In this document: piece after piece, positions 1-9,484 of the stretch
Position numbering within the stretch: position 1 is the first letter of the stretch
Layout: each line of letters begins with the position of its first letter
From: an uncultured bacterium
GTDB taxonomy: Bacteria > Krumholzibacteriota > Krumholzibacteriia > WVZY01
Direction of reading: 5' to 3'
DNA length: 64,000 nucleotides
Assembly (NCBI GenBank): GCA_964464035.1
Contig: CAYXEN010000006.1
Location: 649-64,648 of the forward strand
The notes under the pieces: generated by a model
What the model saw: the letters and a program-made list of their open reading frames with translations, nothing else
The model's database searches: none
What the model was told of the DNA's origin: nothing
Made by a program: the position numbers and the translations under genes

Positions 1-576
1 TTCAAGGACAAATCCCGCCGCTTGCTCGATCCCTTCATCGGCGCGCTGGCTGCGGCGTCCGTTCCTCCTCTTCTCGTATCCGTTCTCGGCCTGGCGCTGA
101 GCATCTACGGAGCCATGAAGGCGGCGCGGGGCGAGCTCGCTCTCGGGGGCCTGTTCCTCCTGCTGTCGGGCTTATGTGACGTGATCGACGGGTCCCTCGC
201 GCGCAGGATGGACGTAGTCAGCCGCTTCGGCGCGTTCATCGACTCGACTTTCGACCGGGTTACGGAGCTCGCCTATTTCGGAGCGATTCTCTTCTATTAC
301 GTCAACCGCGTCGAAGGTTTTCATCCTTTACAAGTGATCGTGATCCTCACGGCCCTGGCCGGCTCGTTGCTGACGAGCTACGCGAGGGCTCGTGCCGAGG
401 GGCTGGGGCTGGAGTGCACGGTCGGCATGTTCGAACGCCCCGAGAGGCTGTTTCTGCTCATTGTCGGGCTTCTCCTGGGAAGCAGGATTCTCATGATGAT
501 ACTGGTCTTCCTCGCGGTGAGCACGATGCTCACTTTTCTGCAGAGGATTCTCCACGTCTACAAGAGCACGAGGTGA
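1..576 (+). CDS. CDP-alcohol phosphatidyltransferase, 5'-truncated by the window edge
   Basis: DxxDGxxARxxxxxSxxGxxxDxxxD motif (CDVIDGSLARRMDVVSRFGAFIDSTFDR); hydrophobic helices; frame is open back to base 1. Confidence 0.9.
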   Translation, partial: FKDKSRRLLDPFIGALAAASVPPLLVSVLGLALSIYGAMKAARGELALGGLFLLLSGLCDVIDGSLARRMDVVSRFGAFIDSTFDRVTELAYFGAILFYYVNRVEGFHPLQVIVILTALAGSLLTSYARARAEGLGLECTVGMFERPERLFLLIVGLLLGSRILMMILVFLAVSTMLTFLQRILHVYKSTR

Positions 577-977
577 ACCGGCTCGGTGCGTGCCACCGGC
601 TGTTTGACTATGAGCCCCACGCAGCGGGTGGCGGTGATTCGACGTTTCCAGCATAGTGGCACCGGCATGGGGGCGCTCCGGCTTCAAACAGTCCTCGCGC
701 GCGGATAATTATAGCGCGCTGCGGAACTCGCCGTCGACCCCCATGCCGGCGCCATTCCTCCAAACAGCAGGCGCCGGCGATTCGGGGCCCCCGCCGCGCG
801 CAGCGAAGCGAGCACGGTGGGGTGAGATCGCCGACAGGACCCGCGGCACTCCGGCTACGAGCCCCAAGCAGCGCGCCATGATTGGGTCATTCACGCGCGA
901 GGACCTGAGCGGAGGAGCGTATCGAGGCAGGCGAGAAACCGACCCGCTGTTTTGTGGATGGAATGACAAGGGAGGCG

Positions 978-1628
978 TCAGGTGATCTTCAGCCTGGCTT
1001 CGATTGCGGCTAGGATGCGGGAATGCACCTCTTCGGGGGTGCCCGTGCCGTCTATTATGACAGTGGGACCGAAATTGCGCCGATAGACAGGGAGGACCCT
1101 GGAGTAGTTGCGCGCTATTCGAGCAAGCTTGCTCTTCTTCTCGTAGATAGTCGGCTTGTCCTTGCGCTCCTTCAGTCTGCGGGTGCATTCCGATAGCGGG
1201 ACGTCGAGTAGAAGAGTGAGGTCCGGGAGCGAACAACCGCGGTTCACCTGGATCACCCATCGCGCCGACACCGCCTTCTCGAGAGTCTGGTAAGCGAGCG
1301 AAGACAGGACGTACCTGTCGCAGACCACGACGGCGCCGGAAGCTCTCCTTGCTTCCACCTCGCGCGAGTGTTCGAGCCTGTCGGCGGCGAAGAGGAGGCA
1401 GAGGGCTCTCTCGGAAAACCCGACCCTGCGGTTGGAATGCCCGGCGAAGATCCGCCCCGACAGCGCGTCACGGATAAGCTTGCCCGCAGGCCCGTCCGTG
1501 GGCTCGAACGTGAGGAAAGATGACCGGCGCTTCCTTCGCAGATGGGAATAGAGCAGTCTGGACTGGGTAGTGGTTCCGGCTCCGTCCAGCCCCTCGATGA
1601 CTATGAAGTATCCCTTTTTCCTTCTCAT
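978..1628 (-). CDS. tmk: Thymidylate (dTMP) kinase
   Basis: FIVIEGLDGAGTTTQ P-loop, TFEP, LLFAADR, CDRY motifs. Confidence 0.92.
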   Translation of the reverse strand: MRRKKGYFIVIEGLDGAGTTTQSRLLYSHLRRKRRSSFLTFEPTDGPAGKLIRDALSGRIFAGHSNRRVGFSERALCLLFAADRLEHSREVEARRASGAVVVCDRYVLSSLAYQTLEKAVSARWVIQVNRGCSLPDLTLLLDVPLSECTRRLKERKDKPTIYEKKSKLARIARNYSRVLPVYRRNFGPTVIIDGTGTPEEVHSRILAAIEARLKIT

Positions 1629-1742
1629 TTGCTACGCCTCGGCCCGGCCCGGTTCGGGGAAAGCCGGTCGAGTGGAAGAAATAACACAATAAGGCGCTGA
1701 TGAAAAGCGCTAACCCCGCGCATGCGCGGCAAAAAACGGTGG

Positions 1743-1771
1743 TTGCCAGGCAGTCACGATATTGTTATATT
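1743..1771 (+). promoter_or_regulatory. Putative sigma70 promoter for ctpA
   Basis: TTGCCA-N17-TATATT, with a TG extended -10. Confidence 0.55.
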
Positions 1772-1864
1772 TCGTCCGCACAATGACATATGGAATGCTT
1801 TATGCGAAACAACACGTTCACATCCAGCCATCCTTTCCGCCCTAACCGTTCGGAGGCGTAACTG

Positions 1865-3460
1865 ATGAGATTCCTAACAGCTCGCAAGATAATGATCCTG
1901 TCCCTTTCGCTGGCGGTCTTCACTTTCGCACTTGGTTCCTGGGCCAAGAGCAAACACCACAACAATGACGACGTCTATCACGATCTCGAGACGTTCGCCA
2001 AGATCGTGGAGAGGATAAATTCCAATTACGTCGAGGAAGTCGATACGCACAAGCTCATCCGGGACGCCATCGACGCGATGCTCCAGGATCTGGATCCGCA
2101 CAGCCAATTGCTCGCCGGACTCGAATACGAAGATCTCATGATGAGCACGAAGGGCGAATTCGGCGGCCTTGGGATGTTCATTTCTCTGAGGGATCACTAC
2201 CCCACGGTGATCTCGCCCATAGAAGGGACTCCCGCGGCGCGCGCGGGGATCACCGGCGGCGACCAGATAGTCGAGATCGAGGGCATGGATGCAAAGGATT
2301 GGACGGCCAACAAGGCAGTCAAGTATCTCCGCGGCAAGCCGGGCACGCAGGTGAGCTTCAAAGTGAGCCGTCCCGGATTGAGCGAGCCGATAGAGTATCG
2401 GTTGACGCGCGAGATCATACAGGTCAAGAGCGTTCCCTTCTGGGACAAATTCGGCGATTACGGTTACATAAAAGTCTCCAATTTCGCGCGGCAGACCCGC
2501 GACGAGATCAAAGCCGCTCTCGATGGGTTAGAGAAACAGGGGATAAAGGGGCTGGTGATAGATCTCAGGACAAACCCGGGAGGATTGCTCCAGGCGGCGA
2601 TCGAGGTCTCCGAGCTCTTCCTCGACAAGGACAAGCTGATCGTCTACACGAAGGGGCGCCTTCCCAACAGCAATCAAAAATACTATTCGTCGAATTCGAA
2701 GGTGCACAACGGCTACCCGGTGGTCGTGATGGTCAGCGGAATGAGTGCAAGCGCCTCGGAGATTTTCGCCGGGGCCCTGCAGGACTGGGACGCCGGCTTC
2801 ATAATCGGCCAGCCAACCTACGGCAAGGGAACCGTGCAGACCGTTTTCAGCCTGAGCGACAGCGAGGCCCTGAAATTGACGACGGCCAAGTATTACACGC
2901 CGTCGGGAAGAAGCATAAACAAGGATCACAGGAAGAAAGACCACGGCAAGAAAATCTCCTCGGACGAGGAGGAGAAGGACGGCAAGGCGAAAGACAGGCC
3001 GGTTTTCAACACCGCCTCGGGAAGGGTGGTCTATGGGGGCGGAGGGATAACGCCTGATTTCGAGATCGAACCCCAGAAATACACGGAGCTGGAGAGACGT
3101 CTGGAGAGGGATGCCTTGTTCTTCTCCTTCGCGATCGATTACAGCACGAAGCACGAGGTGGGACGGGATTTCATGGTTACGGACGCGGTCATGCGGGATT
3201 TCAAGGATTTCCTCCACGAGAAAGGGTTCGAATACAAGGAGGAAGACCTCACCGAAGAGAACCTCGACTATATAAAGGTGGGAATCCTGCGGGAGCTGAT
3301 GTCCAAGAATTTCGGAAGGGACGAGATGTACCGCGTCCTCCTCAGGCACGACGACGAGTTCCAGAAGGCGATCTCATTGCTGCAAAAAGCTCCCACGCTC
3401 GAGGCTCTCTTTTCTTACGCCGATTCTCATCATGAAACCAAAAAAGCCAGCCTCGAATGA
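1865..3460 (+). CDS. ctpA: S41 carboxy-terminal processing protease with signal peptide and PDZ domain
   Basis: DPHS, GEFGGLG, IDLRTNPGGLL, ASASEI (Ser) and GKGTVQ (Lys) motifs. Confidence 0.92.
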   Translation: MRFLTARKIMILSLSLAVFTFALGSWAKSKHHNNDDVYHDLETFAKIVERINSNYVEEVDTHKLIRDAIDAMLQDLDPHSQLLAGLEYEDLMMSTKGEFGGLGMFISLRDHYPTVISPIEGTPAARAGITGGDQIVEIEGMDAKDWTANKAVKYLRGKPGTQVSFKVSRPGLSEPIEYRLTREIIQVKSVPFWDKFGDYGYIKVSNFARQTRDEIKAALDGLEKQGIKGLVIDLRTNPGGLLQAAIEVSELFLDKDKLIVYTKGRLPNSNQKYYSSNSKVHNGYPVVVMVSGMSASASEIFAGALQDWDAGFIIGQPTYGKGTVQTVFSLSDSEALKLTTAKYYTPSGRSINKDHRKKDHGKKISSDEEEKDGKAKDRPVFNTASGRVVYGGGGITPDFEIEPQKYTELERRLERDALFFSFAIDYSTKHEVGRDFMVTDAVMRDFKDFLHEKGFEYKEEDLTEENLDYIKVGILRELMSKNFGRDEMYRVLLRHDDEFQKAISLLQKAPTLEALFSYADSHHETKKASLE

Positions 3461-4140
3461 AGAAGATAGCCATAATATGCGACTTTGATGGAACGGTTGC
3501 CGACGAGGACGTCGGCAACCTTCTTTTCCGCACGTTCACTTCGAAGGGCGCTTCGCAGGAAGTCGTGGCCCGCTGGAAGCAGGGGATGATATCGTCGAGG
3601 GAATGCCTCGAGCGGGAATGCAGTCTCGCCAGAGCCTCCAAGCAGGACCTGGACAAGTTCATCTGCGATCGCAAGCTCGATATGTATTTCAAGGATTTCC
3701 TCGATTTCGCCAAGAAACGGAACATGGAGGTAGTCATCCTGAGCGACGGACTTGATTATTACATAGAAAAAATGCTTCTTCGCAACGGGGTGGCGGAGGT
3801 GGAGTTCTACGCGAACCGGCTCGAATTCACGGATCACTCTCTACGCGTGAGTTTTCCTTACTTCGACCTTCTCGATTGCAAGGATTGCGGCAATTGCAAA
3901 AAATTCCACATGGATAAATACAAGCAGGACGGCTACTACATCGTCTACGTCGGTGACGGGTTGTCCGATCGCTGCCCGGCCGAGCATGCGGACATGCTTT
4001 TCGCCAAAGGAGATCTCGCGGTCTACTGCCGCGAGAACGGCATCCGCCACGTCGGATTCGAGAACTTCAGGGACGTGGAGAGGGAGATTCTGAACAAGGT
4101 CGTCCTGGAGGACGACCTGGACGAGTTCATGGACGCTTGA
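3457..4140 (+). CDS. HAD-IB family phosphatase, MtnX-like
   Basis: DFDGT motif I, ILSDG, VGDGLSDRC; ATGA overlap with ctpA. Confidence 0.85.
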   Translation: MKKIAIICDFDGTVADEDVGNLLFRTFTSKGASQEVVARWKQGMISSRECLERECSLARASKQDLDKFICDRKLDMYFKDFLDFAKKRNMEVVILSDGLDYYIEKMLLRNGVAEVEFYANRLEFTDHSLRVSFPYFDLLDCKDCGNCKKFHMDKYKQDGYYIVYVGDGLSDRCPAEHADMLFAKGDLAVYCRENGIRHVGFENFRDVEREILNKVVLEDDLDEFMDA

Positions 4141-4204
4141 CCCGTTACGCCCGCCGCATTCCCAGAATCACAAGGGCGGCGGGTCTCTCGAGTCGCCGAT
4201 CCAA

Positions 4205-4630
4205 CTACATCGTGTCCTGCTCTCCGGACGGATGTTGCAACAGAGGATGATCCGGGGCCTTCATCCTGCCCGTTTCGTCCCGGTTCTCCGGGCTCTGCCT
4301 GAAAGTGTAGTAGCTCACCTTGGCCATGAAGATACTCAGCTCCTTCTTGTCTATCTCACCCTTTTGCACGTAGTGCCGCAAGGTCTGGAGAACATCGTCA
4401 CGATCCTTGCGGGCCACGATCCCGAGTGATGATGCGCGGTGAAAGCGCTTCAACAACTGTTCCACTTCACCTTTCTGTTTCTCGCTGAGGTCCGGCGGCA
4501 GGCATGAACTGAATTCCTTGACCAGGGCGCCGAGTTGCTTCTCGACCGTGTGGCTCCTCTGTTTCATTATGGAGAGGACCACTATGATCAAAGCTGCGAA
4601 GACGAGGATCGCGTAGACGTTTTTCTTCAT
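4205..4630 (-). CDS. Hypothetical membrane-anchored protein
   Basis: Start MKKNVYAILVFAALIIVVL with an N-terminal hydrophobic helix; overlaps the stop of the upstream hydrolase. Confidence 0.65.
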   Translation of the reverse strand: MKKNVYAILVFAALIIVVLSIMKQRSHTVEKQLGALVKEFSSCLPPDLSEKQKGEVEQLLKRFHRASSLGIVARKDRDDVLQTLRHYVQKGEIDKKELSIFMAKVSYYTFRQSPENRDETGRMKAPDHPLLQHPSGEQDTM

Positions 4631-5520
4631 TTTTCCTCTCCCCCGGTGAGATGTTTCTTGAACCACAGTGCGGTGACGTCGATCGCACGCGCCAGTGCTT
4701 CGCCGTTCGTGCGACCGGGGTTGGCCACGCCGAAGGTATGCCCCGATTTTACTAAGAGAAGCCGCCTCGCGGTCAATTGTTTTTCCGCGCGAAAGAGCCG
4801 CACGGCCGCTTCGGCGGGTATCGGAATATCGAGAGCACCGTGCACCAGGAGATGTGGAACGGCGAGCCCAGCCGCTGCCTTCTCCATGTCGAAGAGATCA
4901 CGGTTCCGCTCGATGTCTTCCAGGTAGGAGACGTCCACACACATCGAAGTATTGCTGGACGAGTCGATGAACGCCATCACCCTCTCCTCGCGCCATCTCT
5001 TTTTCTGCTGCTCGCTGAAGACGTCGGGATGAACCGGCATCGACCAGGTGGCGAGGGCGCGGACTTTCTCGTAGCGAAGCGCGTTGAGCAACGCCGAGAC
5101 GCCTCCGCGGCTGTGGCCGAACAAACCGATCCGCTGGATGCTTGCGAGCCCGGGGATCCTTCCCGACGACGAGAATTCTATGACCGAGGCCAAGTCCGAC
5201 ACCTCCCTGCTCAGCGTGTTCCTGCTGAAGAGCTTCGGATCCAGGTAGAGTGCGCCGGGTGACGTCTCCGAGCGGCGAGCGCCCTCGGTACCGGCCGGCG
5301 GTATCGTACCGTTGTGGGAAAAATCCATGCACAGCGCCGAGATTCCTTCGCGGCTCAGTCTGGAGGCGATACTCGGCAAAAACCCCCACGACTTGTGCCC
5401 CTTGAAACCGTGGCACAAGATGCACAGGACCGTGCCGTCGCCCCCGCGGTAGAGATCCGCCCGCACGGGGTGCCGGTCACCTGTGGGAATGAAGAAAGTT
5501 TCGTCGGCGGTCGCTTTCAC
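4627..5520 (-). CDS. Alpha/beta hydrolase (serine hydrolase)
   Basis: CHGFKG, GHSRGG nucleophile elbow, HGALD and GHTFG triad motifs. Confidence 0.85.
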   Translation of the reverse strand: MKATADETFFIPTGDRHPVRADLYRGGDGTVLCILCHGFKGHKSWGFLPSIASRLSREGISALCMDFSHNGTIPPAGTEGARRSETSPGALYLDPKLFSRNTLSREVSDLASVIEFSSSGRIPGLASIQRIGLFGHSRGGVSALLNALRYEKVRALATWSMPVHPDVFSEQQKKRWREERVMAFIDSSSNTSMCVDVSYLEDIERNRDLFDMEKAAAGLAVPHLLVHGALDIPIPAEAAVRLFRAEKQLTARRLLLVKSGHTFGVANPGRTNGEALARAIDVTALWFKKHLTGGEEK

Positions 5521-5567
5521 GGTAGTTCAACATATGGGATTCCCCTTGAAAATTCAAGGCTTGCCCC

Positions 5568-5596
5568 TTGCACCCCCATTCCGGAGACATTATCAT
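5568..5596 (+). promoter_or_regulatory. Putative sigma70 promoter for dusB
   Basis: TTGCAC-N17-TATCAT ending 6 nt before the ATG at 5603. Confidence 0.55.
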
Positions 5597-5602
5597 TTAG
5601 CC

Positions 5603-6664
5603 ATGATTGAAGCGCAGCGCAATCCTCTCGAGGGAATCGACGTCGTCCTGGCGCCCCTGGCCGGGATAACCGACGCCGTCTACAGGCGCATCTGCCTGGA
5701 GCACGGAGCGGACATGGTCGTAACCGAGATGGTGAGTGCCGACGGACTGGCCAGGTACCCCGAGCGGCTGCGCGCCCTGCGCAACCTCGATACCGGCACC
5801 GGGCCGGTGGCGATCCAGATTTTCGGTTCGGATCCGGAGAACATGGGCAGGGCGGCCGCCGAACTATCCGCCTTGAATCCCCGTTTCATAGACCTCAACT
5901 TCGGTTGCCCGGTGAGAAAGATAGTGAGCCGCAACGGCGGGGCGGCGCTTCTCAAGAACAGGAAACTCCTCGGCGAGATATGCAAGGCGGTGGTGAGAAG
6001 AAGCTCCGTTCCCGTGTCGGCCAAGATGAGATCGGGCTGGGACGGGTCTTCGGAGACGAGCCTGCTCGACGTGGGCAGAACGATCGAGGATTCCGGCGTT
6101 TCGGTGATCACCCTGCACGCGCGGAGCAGGGTGCAGGCTTTCAAGGGCAGATCCGATTGGGGAATGATAAGGTTCTTGAAAGAGAATCTCTCCATTGCCG
6201 TCATCGGGAACGGCGACATCCGTTCGGCGGCGGATTATAACAGGATGCGCGAGGAGACCGGCTGTGATGCGGCCATGATCGGGCGGGGCGCGGTCGGCAA
6301 CCCGTGGATCTTCGCCGAGATCAAGGCCGGCCTCGAAGGGCGGCCCTGGACCCCGCCCTCCGTGGAGGAGCGGTTGCGCACGATGTTCGATCACGTGAGC
6401 GAGGCGGTCCGCAACATCGGCGAGCCCCTCGGCTTGATAACTTCCAGGAAAACCATGGCCGCTTATGCGAAGTATCTTCCCTCGGCGAGAAAACTCAGGC
6501 GTGATCTCATGTCCTGCATCAGCCTTGGCGAGCTGGAAGGCGTGTTGAGGGAGTATCTCGACGCAACTGCCGCGGAAGGCGTCGCCGCCGGAGTACCGAG
6601 AAGCGTGGGGCGCGACTTCACGGCCTGCGGCGAAGCCGGGATGGAGTCTTCTTCGGGAGGATGA
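5603..6664 (+). CDS. dusB: tRNA dihydrouridine synthase, DusB-like
   Basis: LAPLAG, IDLNFGCP (catalytic Cys), TLHAR, IGNGDI, MIGRGAVGNPWIF; start moved to ATG 5603. Confidence 0.9.
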   Translation: MIEAQRNPLEGIDVVLAPLAGITDAVYRRICLEHGADMVVTEMVSADGLARYPERLRALRNLDTGTGPVAIQIFGSDPENMGRAAAELSALNPRFIDLNFGCPVRKIVSRNGGAALLKNRKLLGEICKAVVRRSSVPVSAKMRSGWDGSSETSLLDVGRTIEDSGVSVITLHARSRVQAFKGRSDWGMIRFLKENLSIAVIGNGDIRSAADYNRMREETGCDAAMIGRGAVGNPWIFAEIKAGLEGRPWTPPSVEERLRTMFDHVSEAVRNIGEPLGLITSRKTMAAYAKYLPSARKLRRDLMSCISLGELEGVLREYLDATAAEGVAAGVPRSVGRDFTACGEAGMESSSGG

Positions 6665-6668
6665 GCCG

Positions 6669-7430
6669 TTGAACGAAGAAAGATTGAAGGATCTGCTCGC
6701 CGCGTACAAGAGGGGCGAGAAGAGCGAGGAGGAAGCACTGGCGGAACTTCGCGTTCTTCCTTTCGAGGATATCGGCTTCGCGAAGGTCGATCACCATCGC
6801 AGCCTCCGCACCGGCTTTCCCGAGGTGGTCTTCGGCGAGGGCAAGAGTGACAAGCAGGTGATCGCCATAGCGGAGAAGCTCATCGCCAAGGGAACCGACT
6901 TCCTCGTGACCCGATGCACTTCCGAAAGAGGAAGAATCCTGCTCGATCGCTACCCCAAGGGCGAATACTATGAAGACGGGCGTATATTCGCCCTCAAGAT
7001 CCAGCCGCGCAAGGCACTGGGATACGTCCTCGTCGTTACCGCCGGGACCTCGGACATCCCGGTCGCCGAGGAAGCCGCCGTCACGGCGTCACTCCTCGGA
7101 TGCAACGTGGACAGGGTGTACGACGTCGGCGTGGCCGGCGTGCATCGCCTGCTGGCATATCGCTCGATGATAGAGGAAGCGGACGTGATCATCGTAGCCG
7201 CCGGGATGGAGGGAGCGCTTGCAAGCGTCGTCGGCAGCCTTGCGAAGGCCCCCGTGATCGCCCTTCCGACCAGCATAGGCTACGGCGCGAGCTTCAAGGG
7301 GCTTGCGGCCCTGCTCGGCATGATGAACAGCTGCTCGCCCGGAGTGAGCGTCGTCAACGTGGACAATGGATTCGGCGCGGGGTGCACGGCCGCCCTCATC
7401 TGCCGGCGCATACACGATCCCGGGCGCTGA
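6669..7430 (+). CDS. larB: Nickel-pincer cofactor biosynthesis protein LarB
   Basis: DHHRSLRTGFPEVVFGEGK, AGTSDIPVAEEA, DVGVAG, AGMEGAL, NSCSPG and VVNVDNGFGA motifs. Confidence 0.93.
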   Translation: MNEERLKDLLAAYKRGEKSEEEALAELRVLPFEDIGFAKVDHHRSLRTGFPEVVFGEGKSDKQVIAIAEKLIAKGTDFLVTRCTSERGRILLDRYPKGEYYEDGRIFALKIQPRKALGYVLVVTAGTSDIPVAEEAAVTASLLGCNVDRVYDVGVAGVHRLLAYRSMIEEADVIIVAAGMEGALASVVGSLAKAPVIALPTSIGYGASFKGLAALLGMMNSCSPGVSVVNVDNGFGAGCTAALICRRIHDPGR

Positions 7431-7517
7431 CGCGGAGCGGGTTGAGCTCGATCGATCGAATGATCCCGTGAAAATGCCGCGGTGCGAACGCAAGGACCCG
7501 CGGCGAACGACATAGAG

Positions 7518-8705
7518 ATGGAACAAGACATCGAAAAGATCCTCGTGATAGATCCTTTCTCCGGTGCCGCCGGTGACATGCTTCTCGCTTCGCTCATCGA
7601 CGCGGGTCTCGACGTGGAGCGGTTGGCGGATGCCGTTCGAAGCGTCCCCGGGCTCTCGGGTGTCGGTATCGAGAGTCGCAGAGTCAAGAGGGGACTCTTC
7701 CAGGCGACGTACCTCGAGGTGAGCCTTCCCGAGGAGAGCGCCGAGCGCTCCCTGGCCGACATCGAGGACATGATCGCGAGGTCTTCTCTCCCCGCGGCGG
7801 TCAAGAAGGGATCCATCGATACCTTCAGACTCCTTGCCGAAGCGGAGGCCCGGGTTCACGGTTGCCCGGTGAGCGAGATCCATTTCCACGAAGTGGGCGG
7901 GCTCGACGCGATATTCGATATCGTGGGATGGCACTCCGCCCTAGCCGCGCTGGGCTCCCCGGCGTGCTATTACACGCGGATAGTGCTGGGAACCGGTAGC
8001 ACGAGCTGTCGGCACGGGGAGATCCCCCTGCCCGCGCCCGCCACGACCGAATTGCTGAAGGACCACGAAGTATCGTTCTCCCGCCGCGAAAGGGAACTTG
8101 TGACTCCCACGGCCGCCGCGATAATCGCCGGCTGTTTTCGTCCTCTTGGGACCGACGCATCATTGGTGCTGGAGAAAACGGGCTACGGGGCGGGAAGCCT
8201 GGACCCCGACGACGGCCCGCCGAACGTGTTGCGCACGATGCTGGGATCACGGAGGGTGATTCCCTCATATGTCTGCATCGCCAGATCGACGATCGACGAC
8301 ATGAACCCGGAGGTCTACGGGTTCCTGATGGAGAAACTGTTCTCGCTGGGAGCGCTCGAGGTGTACTACCATCCCGTCATGATGAAAAAGAACCGCCCGG
8401 GCACGGAGATAACGGTCCTGGCCGACGAAGATGTTCTCGATGCAGTCATAGGATGCATGCTGGAGCATACGACCACCCTGGGGCTGAGGATCAGCAGGGA
8501 ACAGCGCGTGGAACTGGCGCGGGAAGTGGAGGATGTGGAGACTCCCCTGGGAAAGGTCAAGGTCAAGATAGCGCATCTGCCCGGCGGCGGAGTCAAGATG
8601 AGTCCCGAGTACGAATCCTGCAGATCCCTGGCCGAGAAGACCGGGGCCAGGATCCTGGAGGTTTTCGAAGCCGCGCGCAGCGCTTGGGAAGGAAGGAAGA
8701 GATGA
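7518..8705 (+). CDS. larC: Nickel-pincer cofactor biosynthesis protein LarC (Ni insertase)
   Basis: DPFSGAAGDM, AEARVHG, HFHEVG, HGEIPLPAPAT, TPTAAAI, IDDMNPE, MKKNRPG, TTTLG, PEYESC. Confidence 0.92.
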   Translation: MEQDIEKILVIDPFSGAAGDMLLASLIDAGLDVERLADAVRSVPGLSGVGIESRRVKRGLFQATYLEVSLPEESAERSLADIEDMIARSSLPAAVKKGSIDTFRLLAEAEARVHGCPVSEIHFHEVGGLDAIFDIVGWHSALAALGSPACYYTRIVLGTGSTSCRHGEIPLPAPATTELLKDHEVSFSRRERELVTPTAAAIIAGCFRPLGTDASLVLEKTGYGAGSLDPDDGPPNVLRTMLGSRRVIPSYVCIARSTIDDMNPEVYGFLMEKLFSLGALEVYYHPVMMKKNRPGTEITVLADEDVLDAVIGCMLEHTTTLGLRISREQRVELAREVEDVETPLGKVKVKIAHLPGGGVKMSPEYESCRSLAEKTGARILEVFEAARSAWEGRKR

Positions 8706-9484
8706 TGACGATGGCGGGATTCGCCCCGCAGGAGTTTCTTCGATCGAATTGGAGGCGCTCCGTTGTTCTCATTGCGATCCTTCTCGCTCTGGCCTCGGGT
8801 TGCGTCAAGAGGCCGGGCGTGCCACCCCGGGGAGGGCGGATAGTGATGCACAAGGTCGCGGCGAATGAAACGCTGGCCGGTATTGCGGACGATTACTATG
8901 GAGATCCTTCGCGGGCGAAAGAGATCGCCGAGGCGAACGGCATCGACGAGGACGGTTTGCACGAAGGGATGGTCCTGCAGATAACCATGAAGCGCAAGGA
9001 TCTCGAGTTCCTCGAAGTGCGCAAGGCGGCCAGGGTTCCTTACAACGAAGGGTTGGAATCCGCGGCCAGGGGGGACTACGTGAAAGCGGTGACGAAGTTC
9101 AAGGACGCCCTGGCGGTGGATACCCGTTTCGTAGACGCCAGGTACAACCTCGGGGTCACCTACCAGAAGATGAAGCTCTACAAGAAGGCTCTCGAGCAGT
9201 TCGAGGAAGTCGTTCGTCTTCGCCCGGGGAATACCGTGTATCTCTTCGCGCTGGGCAACAGCTTTTTCCATACGGGAAGGTACGACAAGGCCGTCGATAC
9301 TTTCGAGAAAGTGATCGGCCTGGATCCCGGGCATCTCAAGGCGCACTTCTCCCTGGCCGCTTCCCTCGAAAAGATGGGAGACAAGGAGGCCGCCCGCCGG
9401 GCCTGGCGCAGATACCTCGAACTCGATTCCTCGAGCGAATGGGCAAACGAAGCCAGGAAACGCCTCGAGCTCATCGAACGATGA
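8702..9484 (+). CDS. LysM and TPR domain lipoprotein
   Basis: Lipobox LASGC; LysM (HKVAANETLAGIADDYYG...IAEANGI); tandem TPRs; ATGA overlaps with both neighbours. Confidence 0.82.
   Translation: MMTMAGFAPQEFLRSNWRRSVVLIAILLALASGCVKRPGVPPRGGRIVMHKVAANETLAGIADDYYGDPSRAKEIAEANGIDEDGLHEGMVLQITMKRKDLEFLEVRKAARVPYNEGLESAARGDYVKAVTKFKDALAVDTRFVDARYNLGVTYQKMKLYKKALEQFEEVVRLRPGNTVYLFALGNSFFHTGRYDKAVDTFEKVIGLDPGHLKAHFSLAASLEKMGDKEAARRAWRRYLELDSSSEWANEARKRLELIER

Noticed and set aside
574-708. Selenocysteine readthrough of the first gene's TGA into the downstream hairpins
   Set aside because: The protein is already complete for its family and the extension looks non-coding.
655-760. Possible tRNA-Sec, tmRNA or SRP RNA (GGGGGCG...CTTCAAA; TCAGGTCC on the minus strand near 900)
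   Set aside because: No T-loop or CCA acceptor geometry, no TTCGAC and no GGAAGGAAGCAGC motif; kept only as an unassigned structured region.
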